A DNA stretch of 64,000 nt. Origin: Takakia lepidozioides. Lineage: Eukaryota > Plantae > Bryophyta. The position numbers and the translations under genes were made by a program. The stretch is from assembly GCA_030704615.1 (NCBI GenBank), contig CM060733.1, forward strand, positions 42,656,001-42,720,000, in the 5' to 3' direction. Of this stretch, positions 13,840-27,499 are shown one piece after another. Under the pieces are notes generated by a model, which did no database searches, was not told the DNA's origin, and saw nothing but the letters and a program-made list of their open reading frames with translations. How positions within the stretch are numbered: position 1 is the stretch's first letter; the number at the start of each line of letters is the position of its first letter.

Positions 13840-16800
13840 GTCTAGCAGACTTACACATGATCATAATGACGGCTCAACAGACCCAACGCAAATAGACTTG
13901 CGCCACAGCAGACTATGACAGTCTAGCTGACTGATATCAGAAGAGACGGACAGACCAGCAGTCCGACGCTCAGCAGACTCACGACAATGCGGATAATTAA
14001 AAGGTAGTAGTTAAACGAACTCATATCCGAAGAGACGGACTTCCAGCTGACCGACGGTTCAACATACTGACGAGAGAAGAGACTTCGGGGATAAGACGAG
14101 AGAAAACGACTCTGCAATTGCCTCTGATGATGGGGTGGTCATGCTTTCCGATGTGAATGCATGTTATGGTGTACGCTGGGCCGAAGTTCCCGATGTAGTA
14201 CTGTTTGGCATTGCACACTGCCATGCACGTAGGGGCTGCGTTGCAATGGGCACACTTGAAAGTCCCTGCAGGAACTCTACCTTGAGGCCAAAATGGGATC
14301 GACGAATTGCCAATCCAGTCAGTCTCATTCCGGGTGCCTTTGCTCGTGTAGTGGTAACACGTGCTCGAGAAACATTTAAGATGTCCAGCACACAATACAT
14401 ATCTCACTCGATCTCCATCACCCAGATTGGACAATGAAGTTTTGATGACACACCATGGGTGGCCGTTATGTTTCATGTTCATTCCTGCCAGAAGACACTT
14501 TGGAATTCGGCAGGCAGTGACGGCCTAGTTGTCCAGTGAAGAACAGACTCGCGCGACACCTGACTGGTACCCCTACAGACCAACAGTCCAGCAGACCAGA
14601 CTGATATCCCAGCAGAACCACGCTTGGAGTCGCCGTCATGCCGTGGTTGCATTTCATCCGTCCAGCAGACTTACATATGCCCATACTCATGGCACAACAC
14701 ACTGCTTAGAGAAAGTACTGACAAAGACGCAGTCGAAGAGCCTGTTGATCCACGTGCATTTGCAGTCGTAAGGACCTCGAACATCCACAAACAACGTGAA
14801 TCCACATCTCTCAAGCTACGTCTCTTTTCCCATTGTCCAATTTTCACTGAGACGGTAGTGGTTGAGATATAATGTTACAAGAGGTGCATCTGGATGTTTG
14901 AGGACCTTCGGACTGGATCCTGTTCTGTTCACACTCTCCGCAGTTCCCAGACATGTGGTGGCAGAGACGTCCTCCCCTGAACAGTCTCATTGATGGACAT
15001 AAATTCTGCAATGTATACATGTCCCCACGTGCATATGCCTCCGCGATTTCTGCTATCGTGTTACCAATGGTTTCCTGCTCCATACGAAGGAGCTCGGACT
15101 CGGACACACACCACAAACCGTAAACGCATGCAATTTTTCCACATATCGTCCTAAAAAATAAGCACGTCAGCACAAAACGAAGGCGAAAATAGTGGAAGCA
15201 TATGCACGATGGTGGCTGTAGAGCCCCACCAGCCCTCTCATGTTCAGGCACACCCTTCATCGTCATTAAAATCTTCCTAAACAAGAAAAACGGCCGCGTG
15301 CGTGCAAAGTCAGCTTTGCAACATTGGACAACAAAGAGCCTCAAGAACGAGACAACAAGAACGAGTGGGCGAGTTTGTGGCAGGATGTTGCGATTTTCCA
15401 TGCCCTAAACATGGATGGCGCGGATGGGTTTTTCAAAATGGACGATCCAGATCATTCGGCCGGCGCGGACTGGCAGACTGGCAGACCGGGGGCAGCAGAC
15501 GGGCACAGCGGACTGTTGGGTGGACTTGCGGGGACTGGCAGTTTGGCGGACTAAGAGGAACTGGACTCACGGGCAGCGGACTGGCGGGCGGACTGGCCGC
15601 GGGGCGCGGCTGGTGGGCCGTGGTAGCAGCTGGGCGACCGCGCGTAGCGGCTGGGGATTTCAGGTGGGGGGAGCCCCGTGCGCGGGGCCCACCGATCAGC
15701 TCGCGCGTGCGCCATAACGTCCCAATTATTGTAAAATGAGAAGCCTTCCGTCCAGAGAAATTAGTCTATTGTCGTGCAAATTACTCTGTGTCAGTCTCTT
15801 CGTCAGTCTGTTGAACCTTCCGTCTACTGGACTGTCCGTGCAGTGACATATGAGTATGTTGTTGCACAAGTTTGTTTGCAGTGGGTCTGTTCGGCCGTTA
15901 TGTCATTAGGTGTAAGTCTATTGGACGCAATAAATGCAGCGACGGTGGTAAAGAGGCCCAGTCACATTGCGCCACATCATCAGCCTCCGCACCAGACTCC
16001 GTACTCGCCTTAGTCTCTTTGTCCGTCCGCTTAACCTCAGTCGTCAGTCTGTCCTTGCGGTGGCATATGAATCTGTTGTTGAGGGTACTGGTCTACTCGG
16101 CCATCTTTGTCATCAGGAGTAAGTCTGCTGGACTTAATGAATACGGCGATGGCAGACTAACGATAGTCTCACTCATTCCGTCTGCCTCAGTCTCTTCTTC
16201 ATTCTGTTGAACCTTCCGTCTGCTGGACTGTCCGTGCAGTGGCATACCGACAGCATGTGTGAGGGGTCTGCAACTATTAATGCGATGGCGGCCAAAAAAA
16301 GGCGCCGGTGAAATCTCGTCACGTCACTCCGCGGCATGCGTCGGCATGTAGGGTTATACCTATTCTGTACTTACCGCTGGACTTCTTTCGCACTATTTTG
16401 TTTTAGGCCCGTCCACCTCCCATTTGTGCGAGCCCGCTTTCCTTTGTGTGTGTTAGCTTTTCAAGGCGCGGACAGTCGCATGAGCACCGAGTCGTTGCAA
16501 CAACCGTCGCCTCCACAACACACCCGGTGAGCTTTCTTCTTTGTGCTTTGGTTTCTTTCCATTCTCTTTTCCGGTCTTCTCTGCTTTCTTATTCTTAGTT
16601 TATCTGTCACTCATTGTCGATGCATCTCTTGTCTGATTCTGTAGCCATGGAGGATGCTTGTGAAAAGGGTGGAGCGGACTGGTTGCATTTGATTCACGAC
16701 CACACTGACTCGGAGGACCCAACTACACTTCCTGTCCACAAGTCCGGATCCTGGCTCGTTGAACAGAGTCGGCTGCACTGGCCTCAACGGGACCATGTCT

Positions 16801-17420
16801 CTGAATTTCTACGGAGTTCTATCAGTGCATTGACGGAGTCTTCTTTTCCCGCCGGGCCATCTTCACATATTGGTGCATCATTTGAGGATATAAACAAGTC
16901 ACCGATAAACCATTCTTCTCCAGTGCCCCATGGCCTGCCATCTATTTCCATTCAGCTCAGCCCGGTTTTGGTTCGTTCACTTGCGAAAGCTTTAGATGAT
17001 TCTTACGTGACCGACCGTAATATGGGAACTCAACCCCGTATCATTGACCTTACTGAAGAACTAGACGATGTAGTTGCCGCGGATAATTTAGATGTCGGCG
17101 GTAGTCAAGCTTTTTCTGCATCAGACCTTGAAGAGACAGTTGACTTGCAAGTTGATAGATTGATCTCCTCCCTGCAAGAGCAGACCGACCACGAGATTGA
17201 TCACCAAGCTGAACAGCAGACTGATCAGAGTGGCGAGCAGACTGAGCACCAGACTAACGCTGAACATGGACAGACTAAGGGCCAACATGCCGTTCCCCCC
17301 TGCCCACGAGAGTGTCCACCAGACTCGACAGCAGACTGACCAGAGCGGCGAGCAGACTGAGCACCAGGTTGACCAGATTGAGGATAATGAGTAGCAGACT
17401 GACGCTAATATTGGACAGAC
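13840..17420. repeat. Region rich in dispersed CAGACT/GGACT (AGTCTG) motifs surrounding the GCM fragment
   Basis: Dozens of (g)cagact/cggact motifs on plus (13840-14760, 15460-15600, 17180-17420) and agtct(g) motifs (15780-16300). A direct repeat of about 50 bp at about 15800 and 16200. Confidence 0.55.
14110..14530 (-). pseudogene. GCM-like domain fragment of a further GCM-MULE transposase copy
   Basis: KHNGHPWCVIKTS...VRYVLCAGHLKC...RNETDW...FKCAHC...CNAKQYY...CIHIGKHDHP aligns co-linearly with 46450-46820. Confidence 0.88.
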
Positions 17421-17669
17421 TGAGGGCCAACATGCCGCGCACTTTGCAAATAAATCAAAGGAGAAAGATTCTAAAGTAGTTCTGCTATAAAAGAATTCAC
17501 CTCCTGATCTTGTCAGAACAGATAGATTGCCTGTCGTAGCCTCAGTAAGGAAGAAAAATAATCCCAATGCTAAATGGTTAATGGACCAAGTTTGGGAATT
17601 ACTACAACCTGACAAATGACCCCTTTGCTGGTTCTGCCCTCTTGGATTGCTTGATAGCCCTGCAAAAGA

Positions 17670-18143
17670 TTACTCAAATGTCCAGAGACCAGTGTCTTCA
17701 TCACAATAGATTCGGCCTAACCAAATAGGTTCCAAAAGAGGACTCCTCTTTTGATCTTGACCTTGAGTTCCCAACAGCCCAAGAATCTCGGCACAGACGT
17801 TGTCCATGGGTAGCTCATATTCTTCGGGGTATGACGTGCGTGGAACGTAAGTCTCTGGACTGTATGTTTCTGGAACGTATGTAGGGTAGAATAACATGTA
17901 TTCATATGGCCGTTGGATATTTCGTTTAGAGGAAGAAATGTACTGTGGTGAGGTTGGCATGTATTCGGGGGAGGATGGATAATATCCAGGCGAGTCTGCT
18001 GCCTCTGAACCGGATGATGAGTAGGCTATTTCAGGTGGTTCAATGAGGTCCAGAAGCTCGTATTTGGGAGTTCCGGGAATTGGGTAGAAGCTCGATGAGT
18101 ATTCGATCGTTTCATCCTTTCCAGAATAATCACTCATACACAA
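17670..18143 (-). CDS. Hypothetical Tyr/Pro/Ser-rich ORF with YxPxSP-like heptads
   Basis: 157-aa ORF containing YYPSSPE-YMPTSPQ-YISSS and YVPET-YSPET-YVP. No recognised family. Confidence 0.25.
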   Translation of the reverse strand: MCMSDYSGKDETIEYSSSFYPIPGTPKYELLDLIEPPEIAYSSSGSEAADSPGYYPSSPEYMPTSPQYISSSKRNIQRPYEYMLFYPTYVPETYSPETYVPRTSYPEEYELPMDNVCAEILGLLGTQGQDQKRSPLLEPIWLGRIYCDEDTGLWTFE

Positions 18144-18219
18144 CCACCTATGAACTGCCTCAATTCATTGAAACACAAAATATTGTTGATCCTACTTTTC
18201 CAAAGAATTGTTCTAAATT

Positions 18220-19030
18220 AACTCGACCTAGACATGAATGTCGACGTCCATTTGCAGAAGAACATTTTCCTAAATTGCCTATCCTGAGTAGACAGCAAGT
18301 GACTGTTAGTTTCAACCTATCTCACATGACGCTTCATTATCTACTGAAATAACTGCAGTTAGATTTACGCTCCACTTAATATAACTCTATTGTTATATAG
18401 AGTTATATCAGAATCTTAACGTCGACATTAATGTCGAGGTTCTTCATCTATTGTTTATTGATTAACAGTACTTGAGGTAATTGTAATCTTCAGTCCACGT
18501 ATAGTTGTGAAAAAAACTAATCTTATTGCATGAGAACGTTGACATTAATGTCGAGGTCCAATTCCATCGTTGGACAGTCAACTAACGTGTTCATCCAAAT
18601 TCTGTTAAAAAAAACGTGAAATCTACAAATGCTATTACAAAAAGCTAATGTCTAGGCTTACCTCCCCATCCTCGACACTAATATAAGAGTCCTAAACACC
18701 TCGACATTAATGTCTAGGAAGTTTAAAAGGTTCATCAGCAACCTGCTTATGTACACTGGAAAACTGAGAGATGTTCAATTTATACATGATGCCTCTAGAC
18801 CTTGACATTCATATCGAGGTTCCCTTCTATAACAAAGGTGGTCATGTAGATGGTTGACAATATATGACACCCATACATGGGACCGAAACATCTACACCCA
18901 TACTGGGGTCCCGAAATGCCTACATGCATTCATGTACCTCGACATCAATGTCAAGATTGTTTACAAAGAGAGTCGTCCCGATGTCCACCTACATTGCACA
19001 TTATGTTGACATTACAATAGACCTACTTTG
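18220..19030. repeat. Dispersed palindromes, consensus CCTCGACATTAATGTCGAGG
   Basis: Copies near 18228, 18421, 18538, 18670, 18699, 18800, 18937 and 19005 in AT-rich DNA. Confidence 0.75.
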
Positions 19031-19539
19031 CAAACTCGGGCAACATTATGTCAAACTACATTGGAGAGATACTCCAAATTTACTCGAGATTTGTGTGTGT
19101 GAGAGATTCGCTCTAGGCGTGTGTTTGTGATTTGCTCTAGGTGTGTGCGTGTGTGTCTGCATTTTTAATTAATCCTAGGTGTGTGTGATTGTATATTCTA
19201 CTGATTTTCTCTAGGTGCGTTCATTGAGTTATACCTGGCCATGAGTATGCTCCAACCTCACTCACTTTAACCTGCAAACAAGGTAGACAACTGTCAAATG
19301 GTGGACCAATGAAATCAAACTCAAGATAATTCAAAACGAGTCATCTATTATACATGCTGCAATTTGGAATTGTGTTTGTACCTCTATTTTATCTCTGCCC
19401 TACTGGAATGTATTTGTTGCCCGTGCTGCTCATATGCAGCTCTTGTTGCTCATGTCCCTACTCAGCCTATTGGAGCTTGAATTGCAGGGCTAAGGTTCTG
19501 AAATCCTTATTTGAACAAGCACATGGACAAAGAGATAGA

Positions 19540-19680
19540 GTCAACCATATGCAAATTGAACCAGGGTGTTTGGTGTGGCGGACCTTGCTTGGCGCCTACA
19601 GAATTCTCGGCAACGTGAAGTTAGCAGAATATGTGACAAAATGCCTACTCAAGTTGGATCCACAGGACGCTGGAACTTAA
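19540..19680 (+). pseudogene. PLS-class PPR E-domain fragment
   Basis: MQIEPGCLVWRTLLGAYRILGNVKLAEYVTKCLLKLDPQDAGT* matches the E1 pattern MPxxP..VW..LLGAC..HGN..LA....L.L.P.D. Isolated and truncated. Confidence 0.8.
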
Positions 19681-20430
19681 ATGGTAGGTGGAGCACTCAT
19701 AAATGTCATCCATTGCTATTGCACCAAACGAGCGGCACAGGGATTACCCAACCTTTGGGGAGGGATGCAGGGCCACTAGCAAAATAAAATCATAAATGTT
19801 TCACCTAGCACACCGTTTAAGTCCAGAATTAGCAAATGTTTCTTTGCTGGTCCAGGAAGTAAAGAGTCATCTGGCTTCAACATGTGAGGGGGAGAAAGTT
19901 AAGCAACCTCCTTGTGTGTTTTGCAGTCACTGTTTGCATCTGCATCTTCCTCCCCATTTAAACTCCCATATACCTGCATACCAGAATCCGGTGTGCCAGG
20001 CTCCTCTGTCACCATTGCCCCCTGGACTGCTACTTCCTTTGGAGGTTTGCTATTTCATGAGCATGAGCGGCATGAGCGGCATGAGCGGAGTAGTAAGACA
20101 ATCGGTTTTCATGAGCAGAAGTACAAATTTCGAAAATAAAAAACAATAAAAAACAATAATTTAATGCAATGTGTCAGGAAAAACAAATATATTATTCGGC
20201 CCCTTGAAGGGAAAATTGCAGTTTTGACAGTTGTGCTCATGATATTTCGTCTTCCGCTCATGCCAATTCCCAGCGACATGTGCAAATATGGCGCCGAATT
20301 TCGCGGTAATAGGGTCCGTAACTTGAAAAAACGGCAACGTATTTCGTGGTAATAGGTCTCTCTGGCGAAAAATGGTGCCGAATTCCGCGGCTATAGGTCC
20401 CCTCATGACAGGTAATTCGGCGCCATTTTT

Positions 20431-20720
20431 CCAGTGCATGTTTGGACTTAGCCAGTTTTCGGCGCAAAATAGGGAAATTCGGCGCCATTTTTCCAGACAC
20501 TGTACCAGTGCATGTTGGGACTTAGCCAGTTTTCGGCCCAAAAAAGAGAAATTCGGCGCCATTTTTCCAGACACGGTACCAGTGCATGTTGGGACTTAGC
20601 CAGTTTTCGGCCCAAAAAAGAGAAATTCGGCGCCATTTTCCCAGACACAGGTACTAGTGCATGTTGGGACTTAGCCAGTTTTCGGCCCCAAAAAGAGAAA
20701 TTCGGCGCCATTTTTCCAGA
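20431..20720 (+). repeat. Subterminal tandem repeat, 4 x 74-75 bp, each with an AAATTCGGCGCCATTTT site
   Basis: Unit (c/t)agtgcatgttgggacttagccagttttcggcccaaaaaagagaaattcggcgccatttttccagacac starts at about 20432, 20506, 20580 and 20655. Confidence 0.92.
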
Positions 20721-20874
20721 AATGGCCCCACAACTGCTTCTGTTGGATCTCAGTTTGAATGGAATATTGCCTCATTCCAGGAGTTTTGGGGTGCATTTCA
20801 TTACATTGCAAAAAAAAGTCTGATACAGCAAAATGCAATTGAAAATATCCATATGGAGGATTCTCTTTGCCCCA

Positions 20875-23800
20875 TCAATGATTTCTGGAATCCCTAAGGA
20901 GGAGTTTGTGCAGCTCGTTCACGCTCAACGCTGGTGCATGAATAAAGTCATCAATAGTCACGTTCATCCTCAACCTCTTCAGGTAAATGTAATACAGATG
21001 CTTGCACGGATAATACTTCGAACCCTTCTTTGCTTCCATCAACGAGAAGTCCGTACAATTGCAAGTCGGCTCCACTCCAATCGTAATTGTGTATACATCG
21101 TCGCGTACAGCCGAGCCGGCCGTTGCCATCCGATACACACGCCCAAGGCCGGATGGGGGTACGTCCATGGAGCTCTGAATAGTGCAAGCCATCCCAAGAG
21201 CATTGGCAATCCGAGTCTCATTCAACTTGTTGGGAGGGTGTCGTCTCTTCACTCTTCCGAATCGCATTGTGGGATGTGCAGAATTGTCCAATCCGTCTCT
21301 ACTAGACCGAGCAGTCTGCAATGGCTGGGTCTGAGGAACCGGAAATGCGTGGGCCGGGATGTCTGTGCGTTGCACCATTCAAAATCATGCTGCCGATAGA
21401 GCATCCGCCTCATTCTGAGAGAGGCTGCAACCCGGTGCAACAGGCCAGACGCCCGGAGGCTCCGACATTCCCTGAATCCCGTACTTGGGCTTGTCAAATA
21501 CACATGTCATTATGTCGTGCCTACAGAACCAAAATGTCTGCGTTGTGGCGTGAGCAAATGTGGGAGTCAAAAATCTGCCGCTGAAACAAGGTGCAGGTAC
21601 AGCACCGTGTGGGTTCCTCCGAATCATCTCACCACAGCGTGCTCTCGTATCCACCTGGATGGCGCAGCACTTCCCTCGAAATGCCGGCAATGTCCTCGCA
21701 ATTCTCCACTGTGATTCCGACACTCTTGTCTCCATAATGGGAATGTTGTACTGCTTTACTACAGATGGCTCGTTATGTTGCCGGGGCACGCGCCCTGTGC
21801 TCAAAGGAGATAGCGATCTTGAACGTGCAGGACTTGCGGTGCTCGACGAGACCTCCTCGGGCAACATCACCGGACCACGAGGGAGCGTGCGAATATTCTT
21901 GTCAGCTCGCCATGAATCCTCTTCTCCGCCAGGTGCCTCGTCAAGTCTTCGTCTCACTGGACGGGTATGAACATCTCCTTCCAAATGTTGGCCTCTTTGC
22001 AGCAATGGCGTGTCCCGAAGACCCTCTCGCAAGGCCGCCGCCCACTTCCGAGGATTCTTCGATTTGGAGGCAGTCCGCATCGGCATTTCCTGCCTGTCCG
22101 GCCCCAAGCCCCACTGTTTCCCTTTCAAGAACTCGTTGTACCTGCATTGCTGCATAATTGACCTCACAATGTCCTCCGTTGTGGCAGTGAGGATGTCCAC
22201 CAGATGCGCCGCAGAGGAGGCACGCCAGGAAGAGTGCACTGATTCGGCCATGTTTGTCGTGGGCATGTCGGTGTCGGAGTCGAGACACATTTCCTGCACA
22301 AGCACATGTTGAGGTTACAAGCAAGTTACAAATATGACCAAGAATAATATTCAACGGGACGCAAATTCGTGCAACTCACCTCCCGCATATAGTCGCCGAA
22401 CTGGAGGAAACGATAATGCCACCATGCTAGCCAACTAACCATTGCTCCCTCGTCTGATTTCCTTACAGCACCTGACAATGTCCACCAAGCCCGTATACAT
22501 GCAAACTGTGTCTCTGCATCATCCAAGGTGGGAGCGCGCTTCCACGCAAGGCACATGGAACGGTGCTCCTCTTTGAAATCTGGCGCCACGAGCCTGGTTG
22601 TGTACTGCGAAAGGCTCTGCAGAAAATGGAACCCACAAGATCTCTCCTTGCCTTCCATCGGAACATTGGGGTCTTGCCCGTACACCCTTCGGATGGCAGC
22701 CCAATTTGCTTGTGCATTGTCCGCCATGAAACCACGGAAATTGGGAGGGGGGCAATCCCGCCTTGGCCATCTGTTCGTTTATTCCCTGCCAAAGAAGCAT
22801 CTCCGATTGTGTGTCCTCTCCTTTCATCTCACAAATAGCAATTGTCATTAACACTCTGGCTGCATAATCCTCAGGGAAAAAGAAGAAGAAACGTGCACGT
22901 CCTCCAACCGCAGGTAGAGAGGATCACTGATGCTTCTCGTGTTCTTGTAGCTTTTGTAGATTCAAGGTTGCTTTTAATCAGAACTGAAACCTAAGTGGTT
23001 GGCACCAATTCCAGTGTCTAGTTGTCAGGTGGCAGTAGCTGCAAACTTTGGGTAACGGAAACATGTCCCGAGCACTAAGAGATGTGTTTCATACTCCATT
23101 CGGGAAAGACTCTACTGACATGCTTTGGACAGCAAAAGCCCTGATGGACTATTTCAAACTACAGAAAAGGAAGTTTAAATGCTCATGAGATAGAAGAGAA
23201 AGAACAAGGATATTAGAGAATTTGCAGTGGGTGTCGTAGACATGTGCACCCATTGTCACCCACTGGTGATTTGTAATTCGCTTGATATGGTCGAACATGA
23301 CCCAACTATTTGACAAGTCCCCACTCGTCATCCTGTCGACCAGTTCGACGCCGCTGCCAGGTCCACACGTGGACATTTTGAATACGAAACAACGATCTGC
23401 CTCAGTCCCTTGTCCTGGAAATCTACTTCCATGAATGTAGTCATATCCACATCGTCGCTTCACCTCCAGAATGGAGTGCATATCCGAGCCACGCCCAATT
23501 TTCTGTTTGCATGAGACAATGTGGTTTCGGACATTCGGTGAACATACGTGGGACACCGACTCCAGCAATGCCTCCATTTCCTTCTCATCAAGAGGAACTC
23601 TATCGGAGCCGTCTTCCGACATAATTCTGGCCAATGCCATCTTATGGGCGGCTTGGAGCTGTATCTATTTGGGTTTGGCACTCGGTCTCAACTTAACCTC
23701 CTCCTGAACGAGCTCCTCTGCCTCGTGGGCAGCCTCCCGCGAGTTCCCCCTCGCCAATTTGTGACAATGGGAACCAACATGTATGCAAACTCGGGTGAGG

Positions 23801-24812
23801 TCAGGGAAACAGTGCAACACATAGAACTGCTTGGCATTACAAACAGACATGCAGTGTGGTGGTTCTTTGCAATGCGCACACTTAAATGTGGAGTTCGGAA
23901 CCTTCTCCTGAGCTCGAAATGGTTGATGAGCTGTGCCTATCCAATCGGTCTCGTTCCTGTGACCTCTGGATTTAAAGTGGAAGCAAGTTGGGGAGAAACA
24001 CCGCAACGCACCCGCACACCATCGAGCATCTTCATGCTGGTGGTTTTGGTAACGCACCAAGGATGACCGTCATGTTTTCTATCCATATCTGTCAACATTC
24101 CGGACGCCCTCGAGTAGTCCGCCCGAGGAGGGAACTCAAAGAAGATATTACCGTCGACGTCGGCGGGAAGGCATGTAACCGATTTAATTGCGAACTTGAT
24201 GTAGTCCAGCCCGGCCAGCTCCAACCGGTGTCCCTCCAGGTGAAGCCCTCGTAGAATTTCAAGAATAGATCGAACTGCGGTGGTCGTGCTGGGAATATGA
24301 CTCCCTCCTCCACTGACGTCCATTGAGGACTTGCCTGATCTCCAGGATGACCTCGGAACTTCCATGACCTCGTCTGAGTCGGACAGGTTGTGAACAACCC
24401 GGTTCTCGCTCGTCTTCATGGATGGGTTTGGCTCTGGATTTACTTCGTTGCGGACTTCTCTCTTTGAGGTAGCCACTCTCTGATTTGCGGATTGTTTCGT
24501 GGAAGGCACAAGGATAGAAGATGCATTTGGCGGGCAAATGAAATCCCCAACAGCCATGTATATGACGCTGTCCGATGGTGGAACTCGCCATTCCCTGCCA
24601 TCGCCGAAATCATCGTGGAGCACAACAATACTCTCGACAACAAGGCCATTTGAGTCCTTCCTTTCCTCCTCCAAAAAAACCGACCCCGGTTTCAGGTGGT
24701 ATCGAACGCACAGATATTTCTCCATCACCCGGCAGATGTCCCCTCTGCACGGAAATGAAGCTCTATGCTCGTGAGGAGGGCAGTACACTGTAGCGCTCGG
24801 GTTTTCCGCCAT
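20875..24812 (-). pseudogene. GCM-MULE-SWIM transposase of element 2, inactivated
   Basis: Co-linear with 45724-49330 (MAENPSATVYCPP; HDGHPWCVTKT; VMFDH; ADNAQANW; CGFH; TNMAES; CNCTDF...CKH), with the same intron after YMRE. Disrupted by a deletion at about 24010, stop codons and an insert of about 370 bp (22856-23222). Confidence 0.9.
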
Positions 24813-25260
24813 GGGAGATGTGCACACAAGACTGCCAGGATGGCGTGCGGGGAAGCTCCCTGGTAGAAGGGGGATGCAGCGATGGGAAGGAATGCGGTGC
24901 CGATTTGTCCGAGCGACAAAGCCTGATCCAAATCCAGGGAGCCAACTATCTCAAAAATCCACAGTCAGAGTGTTAATGAACCTTGTCTCCGGAATGCGGC
25001 CCCTGGTCTTTGCGCAATAACTGCCAACGGTATGCAGTCAAAAAGTGGGGGGCCGTCGGATGATGACGGCTGAAGGGGAGAAGCCGGCACCGTGCCGTCA
25101 CATTACTACCCCCGAATGGAAATTCGGCACCCAATATCCAACAGGGGCCGCACGGATGAAGTCGTCTGGGGCAGAGATGCCGGCACCTGTCCGACAGAGA
25201 ACATCCCCCGGACGGAAATTCAGCGCCGAATTTCCATTCAGATCCCCCCAAAGGAAGTCC

Positions 25261-27452
25261 TGTAGTGTGAAAAGAAGGGGCGTGAATCCCCTTCTGTATA
25301 ATTCTAATTGTGCTTCCTTCCATTCTAAGCGGAGCAAAAGAAAGAAGGTTCTTCTTTTCTGTCCTACTGTCGTCAGTTGGCTGTGGGTTTCCCTCAGCTC
25401 CTTCGTGATCAGAGTTCAAGCAATCCTCATCCACGCCGCAGCGGAAGAGAAGACATGGATGGGGAGTCAAATTGTTGTTCACTCTTGGTTCTACCTTTTA
25501 CACAACATCCTCTACCTGCAGGTACAGCACCAACTATGCTGCCACGATGTATTCAGTGATGCAATCAGCCCTATGTCAGTGATAAACACTGCCCTTGTGG
25601 GCAGTTCCCTTGGTCTGCAACACGTCGGAAGCCCCTTTTTGTAATGAGATCACGGTCTAGGTGGGTGGACAGCTCAGATCTGCCATGAACTGCAGGCCCA
25701 CTAGTTTGATCATTCAGGGTTCATGTCTTCTTGACCTTGCCTCTCCATTTGTCCATCCCTCATCAACCCTTCTCCCTTTTCACTTTTTCTTTCTCTCAAA
25801 TCCTTTTTCCTTGGTGTGTGGATTCCTCACTTTTTCACAACAGCATGGCTATGATGCAATGCAAATGCACATCCAGCCAGGCATCCAGTGCATCCATCAT
25901 TGAAGTCAACCTTGGTTACAAGACATGATCTGCCCCTCTGTCAGTCTTTCTCTTTTTCTCTCTCTCCAGTGACTGGTCCTTGCACTATCTTTCCCCAAGT
26001 GGATCCTATTTGGCCAAGGTGCTTCACAACCCTTCTACAGATCTCAAATCACACACCCTGACAGCTCTCTTTTTCTCCTCAAATGCAAACCTCAGTCATT
26101 CACATGTTGAGAACACTTCTATATATCAGATCCAAACCCCAAAACAGTATTGACTTTTCTTCCCCATCCACGTCATCCCTCTCAGTTCTTCAAATCCGTT
26201 TCTGTCTGACCATCCCTGTTCTCCTTTATCCACCAAGCTAATTCTACACTGGCTCCACTGTTTTAACATCCAGGGCTGGTTTGCTTATGCTGGCTGAAGA
26301 CACTGAAAATAAAGAAAATGAACACAACAACAGCAACCATTCTGACCCTGATGTGAGCTATCCTTGTCCCCTCTATCTTTTTCCTAATGACAGTGTAACA
26401 ACAGGTGCATCCATCTCCACCCTATCCTGGTTTGAATTCCAGTGTCTTCATTCCATTTTCAAAGGCCTTTTCTACTCCTCACATTTTTGTCCCCTTCAGC
26501 AGATACAAGAGACAGTTCCAAAAACTTCACAAAGTCATTCCTAAGTGCCCAAAAAGAGAGGCCAACACTCTTAGAACTTATCTGTCTTATACTCGTGTGA
26601 AGCGGTGGTTCTGCCTGCTAAGCTGGCACCTCACCATCGTTGTCATCAGCCATATTCAACGCTTCTTCTCATCTTGATTCCAGTTCTCATCATGTCATGA
26701 CAGCTTGCTTCATCAGCTGGCAACATCCTTGTGCTTGCCAACCTCTACCCTATCCTTCTACATGTGTACTTCTGCCCTAAGGATTGATGTGCTCCTACAG
26801 CTCTAAGACAGAAGGTAACTACAAGTCTTAATTACAGATAACCCGAGTCGCATCCACACCAGCCTGCACTTCTCATTCCCCAACAGTTGTTGCTGCGCTC
26901 TATCTCCTCATAACTGTACTCTTCAAGACAATGGCGGCAGCGGTAGTGCACCGCTCTTAGCACCTGCTCAGCTTTCAAAATTGATTATTACCACGCAGAA
27001 AGAGGCACCGCTTCTCCTTGCACAAAATGCCAAGCAGATCCCTTAACGTCGCGCTTTAAGGCAAGCTGATTCACATGGCGCAGGTGTAAGTTCCCAAGCC
27101 AGCCTGCCTGACAACTCCACGGCAGCAGCTGTGAAGAGTTGCCCGTCGTCTTCCTCCTCGTTTTCCTCAGCTCGAGTTTCTAGGTTAAACATACGCGACG
27201 AAAATCATTCATTCCAAGGATGAAAAATGCGCATGTTATGACTTAGCCATATTTTGTCCTGGCAGAGCAAGAGCATAGTGTTCCCATGGAATTACCTGTA
27301 GGCCTGGGTAATTCCCTCCCGACATTAGTACCAGGCACTCCCTTTTTCATCAATGCCGTAATTTGATGCCCAACAAAATTTTCAATGTTAATTCACACTC
27401 AATGTCAGGCCGAAAACTACATAAAAACCTACGCGGATGCATTCACACTACA
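25261..27452. mobile_element. 2.2-kb TG...CA element (solo-LTR-like or Ginger-like) inserted into the palindrome array of element 2
   Basis: 11-bp inverted termini TGTAGTGTGAA...TTCACACTACA with a 4-bp TSD GTCC (25257-25260 and 27453-27456). Removing it restores the array unit aaggaagtc...ggggggtcagg. Confidence 0.75.
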
Positions 27453-27499
27453 GTCCTATTGGGGGGTCAGGCCGAAAACTGGCCGACATAAAAACCTAC

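Noticed and set aside
17670-18143. RNA polymerase II largest-subunit CTD
   Set aside because: Only 2-3 imperfect heptads and no polymerase sequence.
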